Origin: Akkermansiaceae bacterium
GTDB lineage: Bacteria > Verrucomicrobiota > Verrucomicrobiia > Verrucomicrobiales > Akkermansiaceae
Length of the DNA: 64,000 bases
NCBI GenBank assembly: GCA_903906515.1
Contig: CAIVKO010000233.1
Coordinates: 102 to 64,101 of the forward strand
Direction: 5' to 3'
A program made the position numbers and the translations under genes. This document shows, one piece after another, positions 1 through 10,000 of this stretch. The notes under the pieces were generated by a model, which made no database searches, was not told the DNA's origin, and saw only the letters and a program-made list of their open reading frames with translations. Position 1 is the stretch's first letter. Each line of letters begins with the position of its first letter.

Positions 1-2
1 GC

Positions 3-857
3 TCGGCAGGACGACTGAATTCAAGCTCATCGCTGCTCATTCAAGGCGGTCAATTGACGCTAGCCGGAGCCGAAACCGTCGCCAGCTTCCAGCAAACTGG
101 CGGCACCTTGGCAGGAGCATACACCCTCACCAGCGCAGCAGCTTATGATATGCAGGCAGGCACCGTTTCCGCGAATCTTGGCGGCAGCGTGGGGCTGAAC
201 AAATCCACCGTCGGCACCGTAACCCTCAATGGCACCAACACCTACACCGGTCTGACCTCTATCAGTGGAGCAGGCACGCTGGCGCTCGGAGCGGCAGGCA
301 GCATCAATAACTCCAGCGGTGTCGCACTTGGCACCGCCGGCACTCTCGACGTTTCCGCCAAGTCCGGCTATACAGTGGCGAGACTCACCGGCTCCGGCAC
401 GGTCATCGGATCGCTCACTGTCTCCACCGAACTGGCGATCGGCAATTCGCCGGGATCGGTTACCTATAATAGCGATCTCACGCTGGGAGCCGTATCCAAA
501 TCAACATTCGAAGTCACGGGTGGTTCAACCACTGGGGATCTTGGCGATGTCGACGGCCTCTTGACGATTGCCACCGGAGCCACCCTCGATCTCGTCCAAC
601 TCGGAGCTTATACAGCTAACGACAAGTTCACCTTGTTTGCTTACAATACTCTATCAGGAACCTTCGCTGGATTGGCAGATGACACGAACGTCACCGATAA
701 TCTAGGTGGCATCTGGAAGATCAACTACAACGACAATACAGCAGGCCTGAATGGCGGCGTGGGTAGCCTCTATGTCACGGTCACCGCCGTCCCTGAGCCC
801 GGAGCCGCCCTTATCGGCGGCCTCGGACTGCTCGCCCTGCTGCGCCGCAGAAGGTGA
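3..857 (+). CDS. PEP-CTERM surface protein with autotransporter-associated beta-strand repeat (5' truncated by window edge)
   Basis: The frame is open back to position 3. It contains the repeat GLNKSTVGTVTLNGTNTYTGLTSISGAGTL. The C-terminus VPEPGAALIGGLGLLALLRRRR is a PEP motif, a TM helix and a basic tail. Confidence 0.93.
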   Translation, partial: SAGRLNSSSSLLIQGGQLTLAGAETVASFQQTGGTLAGAYTLTSAAAYDMQAGTVSANLGGSVGLNKSTVGTVTLNGTNTYTGLTSISGAGTLALGAAGSINNSSGVALGTAGTLDVSAKSGYTVARLTGSGTVIGSLTVSTELAIGNSPGSVTYNSDLTLGAVSKSTFEVTGGSTTGDLGDVDGLLTIATGATLDLVQLGAYTANDKFTLFAYNTLSGTFAGLADDTNVTDNLGGIWKINYNDNTAGLNGGVGSLYVTVTAVPEPGAALIGGLGLLALLRRRR

Positions 858-895
858 GATGAATTTCTGGAGTTATTGAATTTCTCCGGGTATTA

Positions 896-934
896 AGGGG
901 CCGTTGACTGGAGGGTCAGCGGCCCCTCTTTATT
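896..934 (+). terminator. Probable intrinsic terminator after the PEP-CTERM gene
   Basis: Stem AGGGGCCGTTGAC / GTCAGCGGCCCCT (13 bp, one G-U pair) with loop TGGAGG, followed by CTTTATT. Confidence 0.75.
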
Positions 935-966
935 GAAGCGTCTTCATTCAAATGGCTTCATGCGGT

Positions 967-1010
967 CCCCCGTTTGTGGGAATGGACAGACTCGTGGAGT
1001 CGGGTAGATT
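967..1010 (+). promoter_or_regulatory. Conserved box plus putative -35/-10 promoter, copy 1 (upstream of the GH95 operon)
   Basis: CCCCCGTTTGTGGG-AA-TGGACA-N16-TAGATT. The same geometry occurs at 26090, 39040 (minus strand) and 39130. Confidence 0.72.
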
Positions 1011-1131
1011 CGCGACATGCCCAGAAGGTGCTCGCGTTGGTCATCCGTAGGGCCAATATCAGATTCGTCATTCTCAAGGTGACCGTGACATCGTGAAGCG
1101 CAGGGGATGATGGGAAATCATAGATCAAAGT

Positions 1132-3768
1132 ATGAAGAACAAGACAAATCAAATGAACCAATTGCTTATGTTAGAAATTGTGGGCCTGCTATCATTCGCA
1201 GTGCATGCCAACGCCGCGGAACTGGTCTTGCGCTACGACAAGCCTGCCAATGACACGATGACGGAAGCCTTGCCTGTGGGCAATGGGAAGTTAGGCGGGA
1301 TGATTCACGGCAAACCGACCCTCGAACGGGTGGTCCTCAACGAGAGCAGCCTGTGGACCGGTGATGAGAAGACGGCCACCGGCGGCTACGATGAGATGGG
1401 ATCCTATCAGACACTTGGCGTTCTCGGCATTGATACCACCGCCCGGTCGGGCGCGGTAGCCACGAAGGTGCCTACAGTGGTTTGCGCCAGCAAACAGGAG
1501 TCCTATTACCAAACTGAAAGCATTGCGCAGAGCGTGGACAACAATCCTGGAACGAAATGGTGCGTGGTGCCTGATGGCGTGCCGCTGGTCTGGGAACTCA
1601 GGTTGCCGGAGGCCCGCGTGGTCAATCAATACTCGATCACCGCCGCCGGTGACGCTCCCGAGCGTGATCCATCGACTTGGGAATTCAGCGGATCTAATAA
1701 TGGAAAGGACTGGACCTCGCTTGATAGCCACGAAAACGAACCCCCCATGGCCAGTCGCGGCGAAGTGAAAACCCATACCTGCAAGAACACCGCGCCGTTC
1801 AAGTCTTACCGACTGACCTTTGCGCCAAAGAAGGGGGTCATGCATTTCCAGGTGAGCGAGATTTCCATCCCGGGCGTGGTTTTCCCCGCTAAAACCGCCC
1901 CCGCCGTCGTGGATGGCTATCACCGCTCGCTCGACCTTGCCACGGCCACTCATGTGGTGACCTACAAATTGGGCGATGTGACTTACAAGCGCGAAACCTT
2001 TGCTTCCCACCCCGACGAAGTGCTGGTCATGCGGTTGACTGCGGATAAACCCGGGTCGTGCAGTGGCGCGGTCCAACTCAATGGCGGGCACCGCGAAACC
2101 ACGCAATTGGTAAAAAACGGGCTGCAGTTTTCCGGTGAGTTGCCAAATCACTTGAAGTATGAAACCCAAACTTTGGTGTTGAATGAAGGCGGTTCGATCC
2201 AGACGGGTGAAGGGCAGGTTTTCTTTGACCAATGCGACAGCGTGACCGTCCTGTTGGCAGCGGCCACGGATTACACGTATAATCATTCTTCTAGCTACCG
2301 TGGAGGGGACCCGCGGGCGATCGTCGGAAAACGTTTGGCTGCAGCGTCCGCAAAGAAATATGACGCTCTGAAATCAGCGCACATCAAAGAGTTCAATTCT
2401 TATTTCAACCGGGTGGAGCTCGACGTCGGGGCGACGCCGAGCGACCGGCTTGCCCTGCCGACTGACCAGCGCAAGGTGAAGCATGCCGAAAAAGGCGACG
2501 ATCCTGATCTTGAAGAGTTGATGTTCCAGTATGGCCGTTACCTGCTGATCAGTTGTTCGCGGCCCGGCGGGCTGCCGGCGAACCTGCAGGGGTTGTGGAA
2601 TGATAACAACAATCCTCCTTGGCACAGCGATTACCATTCGAACATCAACGTCCAGATGAATTACTGGCTTGCCGAACCGGCCAATCTTTCCGAGTGCCAC
2701 ACGGCATTTTTGGATCTAGTCACAAGCCAGCTCCCCGCTTGGCGCAAGGCAACGGCGGAAGCCCCGGAATTCAAGTCGGCTTCGGGTAAACCTGTTGGCT
2801 GGGCGGTTAGAACCTCTCACGGCATCAACGGGGATATGGGTTGGCAGTGGGACATCACGGCGAACGCCTGGTATTGCCAGCATTTCTGGTGGCACTATGC
2901 TTATACCGGAGACAAAACCTGGCTGAAGAACGTGGCCTATCCGATCATGAAGGAGATCTGCGAGTTCTGGGAGGTGCGCATGAAAACGCTACCCGACGGC
3001 ACCCTGGTGGTCCCTAACGGCTGGTCACCCGAGCAGGGACCGATCGAAGACGGTGTGAGTTACAACCAGGAAATCTGCTGGGATCTTTTCAACAACTACG
3101 TGGCCGCCAGCGAGGCGCTGGGTGTCGATGCGGAATACCGGAAGAAAATTGCGGACATGCGCGACAAGCTGATGGTTCCGAAGATCGGGAAATGGGGGCA
3201 GCTCCAGGAATGGATGGAGGATCGTGATGATCCAAATAATCACCACCGCCACACCTCGCACCTCTTCGGTCTATTTCCGGGAGAGCAGTTTAGTATTTCC
3301 AAAACCCCCGAACTGGCGGCAGGGGCCAAGAAATCACTTGATGCGCGTGGCCCGGTGGGTGATGTCAGGGAGTGGTCATTTGCTTGGCGGACCGCACTCT
3401 ATGCCCGGTTGCGTGAAGGAGAAAGCGCCCACACCATGTTCCGAAACCTGCTGAACGAGCGGAATACATGCCTCAATCTATTCGGCAATCATCCGCCGAT
3501 GCAGATGGACGGCAACTTTGGTATCACCGCAGGCGTCTGCGAGATGCTGATGCAGTCATACACCGGTACGATCGAGTTGCTGCCGGCAATTCCAAAAGCG
3601 TGGCCGACGGGCAGCGTCAAAGGGCTGAAGGCCCGAGGAAACTCCACGGTGGATATCGCATGGGTCGACGGCAAGGTGACATCCTACAACATTCGATCAG
3701 CCATTCAGCGCGAGGTCAAGGTGCGCGTGAATGGTGAAGAGAAATCCGTTAAAACCAAGCCGGAATAA
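1132..3768 (+). CDS. GH95 alpha-L-fucosidase family enzyme with an inserted discoidin/CBM32-like domain
   Basis: Signal peptide. Motifs ALPVGNGKLG, LNESSLWTG, QYGRYLLISCSRPGGLPANLQGLWN, HRHTSHLFGLFPG and QMDGNFG. Confidence 0.92.
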   Translation: MKNKTNQMNQLLMLEIVGLLSFAVHANAAELVLRYDKPANDTMTEALPVGNGKLGGMIHGKPTLERVVLNESSLWTGDEKTATGGYDEMGSYQTLGVLGIDTTARSGAVATKVPTVVCASKQESYYQTESIAQSVDNNPGTKWCVVPDGVPLVWELRLPEARVVNQYSITAAGDAPERDPSTWEFSGSNNGKDWTSLDSHENEPPMASRGEVKTHTCKNTAPFKSYRLTFAPKKGVMHFQVSEISIPGVVFPAKTAPAVVDGYHRSLDLATATHVVTYKLGDVTYKRETFASHPDEVLVMRLTADKPGSCSGAVQLNGGHRETTQLVKNGLQFSGELPNHLKYETQTLVLNEGGSIQTGEGQVFFDQCDSVTVLLAAATDYTYNHSSSYRGGDPRAIVGKRLAAASAKKYDALKSAHIKEFNSYFNRVELDVGATPSDRLALPTDQRKVKHAEKGDDPDLEELMFQYGRYLLISCSRPGGLPANLQGLWNDNNNPPWHSDYHSNINVQMNYWLAEPANLSECHTAFLDLVTSQLPAWRKATAEAPEFKSASGKPVGWAVRTSHGINGDMGWQWDITANAWYCQHFWWHYAYTGDKTWLKNVAYPIMKEICEFWEVRMKTLPDGTLVVPNGWSPEQGPIEDGVSYNQEICWDLFNNYVAASEALGVDAEYRKKIADMRDKLMVPKIGKWGQLQEWMEDRDDPNNHHRHTSHLFGLFPGEQFSISKTPELAAGAKKSLDARGPVGDVREWSFAWRTALYARLREGESAHTMFRNLLNERNTCLNLFGNHPPMQMDGNFGITAGVCEMLMQSYTGTIELLPAIPKAWPTGSVKGLKARGNSTVDIAWVDGKVTSYNIRSAIQREVKVRVNGEEKSVKTKPE

Positions 3769-3790
3769 CAAACAATTCCAAAGCTGATAT

Positions 3791-6700
3791 ATGAGTTCCC
3801 GATTTCCAAAGTGTGGTGAAATGACGTTCATAAACCTGCGTTTGCATGGGGTGGGGGTGCTCGTGGCATTGTGTTTGGTGGCGGTGTCTGGCGTCTTCGG
3901 TGCCGAAAAGCTTGAACGCTGGAAGCATGTGAAAGTTGAAGATGAGAAGTGGACCCCTACGAGCGGAACGGGTGATGGTAAACTCGGTTTCGGTGAATTC
4001 ATGATCTTTTCAGGCACCACTTTTCACCAGACCGGTGGCAAGCTGGAAAGTGACAATACTTGGGGCGCGCCTGTTGCTTCTATCGGCTGGAGCACAGGTG
4101 GCTCCTACAGGATGTCGGGTGCGGCCATCTTCCAAACTTCGACTGACGTGTTGCTTGGACGGGATAAGAGTGGTCACCAGGTCGCCGACTGGAGTTTGAC
4201 CGATACTGCCAGTGCCACGCTCGGCGGGGCTCTGGATTTCTGCGCCGGCGCCGCCAACCATCTTTATCTTGACGGTGCGGCCACTTTTCAGGCGGGAGCT
4301 CTCCGCGGTTTGGATGCTGACGGCGAATACATCAGTTTTGCATGTGGTGCCACCGCTTCCCAGTCCACGCTGACGATCGGAACCCAAAACCAGACCTACT
4401 ATGAGGACTTGGTTGCCAAAGGGTACATTCGCGTCAATGGCGTAAAACAAACCAACTTCAGCAAGTTCCAAGTCAAAGGCAGCACGTTGTCGCTGGTGCC
4501 GCTGTCTATAAAATTAGCGATCACCTCCGTCAACGGAGGTTCCAGTCCGAAGGCTGGCACAGGATTCGATGTGACACTACAAGTCCAGGATATGAATAAC
4601 GCTCCGGCCAAGATCGAGGCGGACCGCATGGTGACGCTTCGGTGTAAGTCCGGTGGCGGCACCCTGGGTGGAACGACGACCGTGACCATTCCGGCAGGAA
4701 CCCATACCAAGAAAATCAGCGGCGTAAACTACACCAAGGCCGAAAGTGGTGTGGTGATAACGGCCTTGTGTGACGGGGCGGGGGATGGCGACAGTGCGGC
4801 CTTTATCGTTGCGGCTGGGGAGCCCAGCAAGTTAGTGTTCTGCACCCAGCCGAGAGCGGCGGTGCTGGGGTGGCCAATCAGTCCGGCTGTGACGGTGCAG
4901 ATCCAGGATGCCAACGGCAATATCGTGGTCAACGATACCCGCCGTGTGACGATCAGCAGCTCTACAACCGCTTTCTCCGCAGATAGCATACTCGCCACGA
5001 ATGCCGTTGCCGGCATAGCGACCTTCAGCGTGCTCAAACCGGTTAAGGCGGAGACAGCCGCCGTGATGCTGGCCAGTGGGAAGGCATTGGAAGGGGGATC
5101 TTCCGGTGCCTTTTCAGTTTCATCGAATTGTGCAGTTAGTGCCACGCCAGAAAAGGTTGCGCAGTTCAATGCCTTTAAGGAGATACCCATCACCGACATT
5201 ACGCCGCAGGGGTGGTTGCGCGAGTTTCTGGACCGGCAAAATAGCGGACTCACTGGAAACCGTGATATTTTGTCCTATCCTTTCAACACCTGCCTCTGGG
5301 CTGGTAAAATCCCTTACAACGGAAACGGCGACGACTGGTGGCGTTACGAACAAACTGCCTACTTGACCGATGGCATGCTTCGGCTCGGCTATCTTATCCA
5401 CGATGAAAAGCTCATCCAGACCGGGCGTGATGGCGTGGATTATGTGCTCGCGCATCCCATGGATAAAGGTCGCCTCGGCCACCCGTTTTTCAGTAGTCAG
5501 TGGCCGATGGCAGTCTTTTTCCGCGCCATGCAGGCCGAATACTCCGCCACCCATGACCCCAAGCTTTTGGAAGCACTGCGCCAGCATTATCTTTCCTATT
5601 CAATTGAGGATTTGAAGTGTGGTCGTAATGTCATCAATCTTGAGGGTATGCTTTGGACCTATGGCAAGACCGGTGATCGCAAACTTCTTAATCTCGCCAA
5701 TGCGATATACGATCAAGGGCAGGGTATATGGGGAAGAGGTGCGTTGGCAGCGCCAGCAAAGGATGTTGATCATGGGGTCACCTACAATGAAATGGCAAAA
5801 TTGCCGGCGATCTTCTATGCCTACACCGGAAACAAAGAGTATCTGGATGCTACTCTGAATGCCTTCAAGAAGCTGGATCGCGATCACATGTTGCCAGATG
5901 GTGTTCCCAGTTCGAATGAATTTTTGGCGGGTAAGGACGTTTACCAGAGCCATGAAACCTGCGACATCTCGGATTATACATGGAGCGTCGGATATCTCCT
6001 GATGGCCACTGGCGACGCGACATGGGCAGACCGCATCGAAAAGGCCATTTTCAATGCAGGGCCCGGCTGTGTCTCCAAGGATTTCAAGAATCTCCAGTAT
6101 TTTTCCGGCGTCAATCAGGTCATCGCTACAGGCGACTCCAACCACAACAAGCATTTTCATGGTTCCACCTGGATGGCATACAGGCCTTGCCATGAGACGG
6201 AATGCTGCGCCGGCAATGTGCACCGCTTCATGCCGAACTTTGCGGCGCGCATGTGGATGCGTGACGCCAATGGCGGGCTGGTGGCCTCTCTGTATGGACC
6301 TTCCTCGGCAACACTGCCGATCAATCAGGGGCGCCAGCAACTGACCGTAACGGAAGAAACCGGATATCCTTTTTCCGAGACCATCACTTTCAAGTTTAAT
6401 ACGCCCACGCCTGTTACGATGCCATTCTCGTTCCGAATCCCTGGCTGGTGCGTAGCCCCGTCAGTTACGGTCAACCAGCAGCCTCATGACGGTTCTCTCA
6501 CATCCGGCAAGTTTGTAACCCTGAACCGGACCTTTGTTGATGGCGATACCGTTGTCTTACGCCTGCCTATGCCCGTGAAGCAGATCGCGTGGGAAAATCA
6601 AGGAGTCACGGTAGAGCGCGGACCATTGCTGTTTGCCTATCCGGTGCCGGAGAAGGTATTAACTGATGATCGGATCTATCAGAATATGAGAGGTAAAAAA

Positions 6701-7021
6701 TCTCCGGATACGGTTCGTTTCCCCGCGCTCGATATCCGTCCTGATGGAGCATGGAACTATGCACTCGCGCCAAAGTCAGCGGCGGATCTCATGCTTGTGA
6801 ATACGGGTTCAAAGGGTTATCCGCTGGATCCCGGGGCCAGCCCCGTGGTGATCAAGGTGCCCGCCCGGAAGGTGAACGGGTGGACGCTTCTCGAAAACCG
6901 CTATACACCACCCCTGCCGGACAAGGACAAAGTGGAATGTGAGGCCACCGTTGAGACGCTTACGCTTGTGCCGTATGGCAGCACGCGGTTGCGAATCGGG
7001 GTGTTCCCTGTCGCGCGATAA
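3791..7021 (+). CDS. Multidomain GH127-like (beta-L-arabinofuranosidase/DUF1680) enzyme with N-terminal beta-strand-rich and Ig-like domains
   Basis: Signal peptide. Motifs PQGWLREFL, HGVTYNE, HETCDISDY, ECCAGNVHR, VTEETGYPFSETI and LTLVPYGSTRLRI. Confidence 0.85.
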   Translation: MSSRFPKCGEMTFINLRLHGVGVLVALCLVAVSGVFGAEKLERWKHVKVEDEKWTPTSGTGDGKLGFGEFMIFSGTTFHQTGGKLESDNTWGAPVASIGWSTGGSYRMSGAAIFQTSTDVLLGRDKSGHQVADWSLTDTASATLGGALDFCAGAANHLYLDGAATFQAGALRGLDADGEYISFACGATASQSTLTIGTQNQTYYEDLVAKGYIRVNGVKQTNFSKFQVKGSTLSLVPLSIKLAITSVNGGSSPKAGTGFDVTLQVQDMNNAPAKIEADRMVTLRCKSGGGTLGGTTTVTIPAGTHTKKISGVNYTKAESGVVITALCDGAGDGDSAAFIVAAGEPSKLVFCTQPRAAVLGWPISPAVTVQIQDANGNIVVNDTRRVTISSSTTAFSADSILATNAVAGIATFSVLKPVKAETAAVMLASGKALEGGSSGAFSVSSNCAVSATPEKVAQFNAFKEIPITDITPQGWLREFLDRQNSGLTGNRDILSYPFNTCLWAGKIPYNGNGDDWWRYEQTAYLTDGMLRLGYLIHDEKLIQTGRDGVDYVLAHPMDKGRLGHPFFSSQWPMAVFFRAMQAEYSATHDPKLLEALRQHYLSYSIEDLKCGRNVINLEGMLWTYGKTGDRKLLNLANAIYDQGQGIWGRGALAAPAKDVDHGVTYNEMAKLPAIFYAYTGNKEYLDATLNAFKKLDRDHMLPDGVPSSNEFLAGKDVYQSHETCDISDYTWSVGYLLMATGDATWADRIEKAIFNAGPGCVSKDFKNLQYFSGVNQVIATGDSNHNKHFHGSTWMAYRPCHETECCAGNVHRFMPNFAARMWMRDANGGLVASLYGPSSATLPINQGRQQLTVTEETGYPFSETITFKFNTPTPVTMPFSFRIPGWCVAPSVTVNQQPHDGSLTSGKFVTLNRTFVDGDTVVLRLPMPVKQIAWENQGVTVERGPLLFAYPVPEKVLTDDRIYQNMRGKKSPDTVRFPALDIRPDGAWNYALAPKSAADLMLVNTGSKGYPLDPGASPVVIKVPARKVNGWTLLENRYTPPLPDKDKVECEATVETLTLVPYGSTRLRIGVFPVAR

Positions 7022-7045
7022 GATTTCCTCTGTAAAATTCATATT

Positions 7046-10000
7046 ATGAAAAATGTTATAAAAAACCTTAATTTATGGGTGGTGTTTATCGCGTTGGCCG
7101 GTTGCCTGAGTAGGCCTGTTCATGCGGCTGGCAATGAAATCCGGTTGGAAGATCTGGCCAATCTCAATCTGATTGAAAGTGGAGGTGGAGCACCGAGAAA
7201 GGATCGGGCGACGTCGGATCATCCGTTGCAGATGGGTGGCCGAATCTATGAACATGGATTGGGTCTTCATGCTCCGGCTGTGGCTATGTTCAGTCTCGAT
7301 GGAAAGACGGAAAAGTTCCATACACTCCTTGGGTTTAGTGATTTTCCAGGTGATCGCGGTTCAATCGAATTCATTCTGACCGGAGACGGGAAAGTCCTGT
7401 ATCGGAGTGGTGTGATGAAGGGCGGTTTGTTTAGCAATGGGGCGGTGACAATAGCCGCCGAGGCTCCCAAGGTGGTTGATGTTTCTCTTGTAGGAGTGAA
7501 AAAACTCAAGATTGAAGTGACCGATGGAGGCGATAACAAGTATGGGGACCATGTAAATCTGGTAGATGCTGCTTTTACATGGAATGGTACACAGCCACGG
7601 ATCATAGAAGTGGAAGAATACGTGGGACACTCTTTTCCCACGGTTGGTGGTGATAAGGCAAAATCTCCGGTTCAGGCATTGTCCAATCCGTGGACCGGAA
7701 AATGGATCGGACCTGAAAAGGCTGAGGCGAATACGTGGATTTGTTACCGCAAGAGTTTCAAGGTGGACCGGGTCCCCTCTACGGTTCCTGCACGTATCGC
7801 TGTGGATTCAAAATACTGGTTGTGGATCAATGGCAAGTTGGTGGTCCGCGAGGGCGGTCTTAAACGCGGCCCCACACCGAATGACGGGTATTATGACGAG
7901 GTCGAACTTGCCCCATACATCAAACGGGGAGATAATACGATTGCCGTTCTAGCATGGTATTTCGGCAAGCATGGGTTTTCCCACAAGAGCAGTGGCAAGC
8001 CGGGGTTGGTGATGGAGGCTAAAATTGAAAAGGATGTGCTTGCTTCCGATGGGACTTGGAAAATGCTGATTCATCCGGCTTTCGGGACCGCAGGTGAGCC
8101 AAAACCAAATTACCGGTTATCGGAGTCTAGCATTCTGTTTGATGCGAGCAAGGACATCGGTAAGTGGATGGATTCGTCGTATGACGATGCCTCCTGGACT
8201 GCCCCGTTAGAGTCGGGAACACCACCGGTGGCCCCTTGGGGTGATTTGGTCCAGCGGCCGATTCCACAATGGAAGGATTATGGTCTGAAAGCCTATACGA
8301 ATGCGGCGGCGCTGCCAACAGTCAGCGATGGCAAGGTGATCAAGGCCAGACTCCCATACAACGCGCAGGTGACTCCATATTTTAAGATCGAGGCGACCGC
8401 CGGTCACAAGATCGACATACGCACTGACGATATTAATGGCGGCGGTGAAGCCAATGTTCATGCCGAATACATCACGCGGGATGGTGTGCAGGAGTATGAG
8501 ACGCCCGGCTGGATGAACGGCCATGATGTCGAATATACGATTCCAGCCGACGTTAAAATCCTATCGCTGCAATTCCGTGAGTCTGGTTACAATGCAGAAT
8601 TCGCGGGATCGTTCCGTTGCGAGGATCCGTTCTACAACTCTCTTTGGGAGAAATCCAAACGCACTCTTTATGTCACCATGCGTGATAACTACATGGACTG
8701 CCCGGATCGTGAGCGGGCGCAGTGGTGGGGTGATGCTGTCAATGAACTTGGTGAGGCGTTTTATGTGTTTGATCCGCCCGGTTACCAGCTCGCACGTAAG
8801 TCCATCCTCGAACTCGCGAAATGGCAGAGGGAAAACAAAACGATCTATTCTCCCGTCCCGTCAGGCAACTGGGCGGCGGAACTCCCTCCCCAGATGCTCG
8901 CAAGTGTCGGTAAATATGGTTTCTGGTTATACTATTTTAATACCGGCGATGTGGCAACAATGCGTGAGGTGTATCCGCATGTCCGTGATTACCTGACGGT
9001 TTGGAAACTGGATGAAGATTGTCTGGTGATCCACCGCAAGGGCGATTGGGACTGGTCCGACTGGGGTAGTAATATCGATGTTAAACTCCTGGACAGCGTT
9101 TGGTATCACCTGGCGTTACAAGGGGCGATCGAAATGGCCAAAGTGTGCGGGGCCGAAGCCGATCTTCCAGCATGGCAGGCGAGAATGAAGGCCGTCGAGA
9201 AAGGGATCAACACGAAATTATGGAACGGGAAAGAGTATCGTTCGCCCGGATACACGGGTGACACGGATGATAGAGGAAACGGTTTGGCCGTGGTGGCCGG
9301 AATCGCAGGGCCAGATAAGTATTCAGCTCTGCGCGATGTTCTGGACAAACATCGCAATGCGAGTCCTTACATGGAGAAGTATGTGCTGGAGGCTTTGTTC
9401 ATGATGGGTGAAGCGCAGTTGGGGCTTGATCGGATGAAGCAGCGCTATGATGGCATGGTCAAGCGGCCGATCTCTACACTGGCGGAAAATATGGACGGCA
9501 GCGGAACCTACAACCATGCATGGAGCGGCGGTCCGCTGACGATGATGTCGCAATATGTGTCTGGCGTGGCACCGGAGAAGGTGGCCTATGAGAGGTATCA
9601 TGTCCTGCCGCAAATGGGGGACCTGACCACGATTGAGTCCGTGGTGCCGACGGTGAAGGGCAATATCCAGCTCTCGCTGAAGCGTGAGGCTGCATCGTTA
9701 GAATTGAAGTTGGTGTCACCGAAGGACACGAAGGCTGTGGTCGGTCTTCCTCAGGAAAAAGGACGAAACATTGTCAGCGTGGTTCTTAATGGCAAGACCG
9801 TTTGGAAAAACGGCAAAGCGGGCGCGACGGTGCCTGGTGTGGTCTGCATGGGCAAAGATGAAAGGTATTGTCGTTTCGAGGTGCCCCCTGGAACGTGGAT
9901 TTTTTCCGTGCTATATGATGGAGTTTCTTCTTTGCCTATTCCTCTCACCCCTGCTCAGCTTGCCGAATTTCCACTGAAGCTGTCAGAGATCCGGGTTCGT

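Noticed and set aside
957-1046. Riboswitch or ncRNA reading of the conserved 90 bp element
   Set aside because: The best-conserved part lies upstream of a fixed-distance -10-like hexamer and would be untranscribed, and no covarying stems were seen. A promoter reading fits better, though this is not fully excluded.
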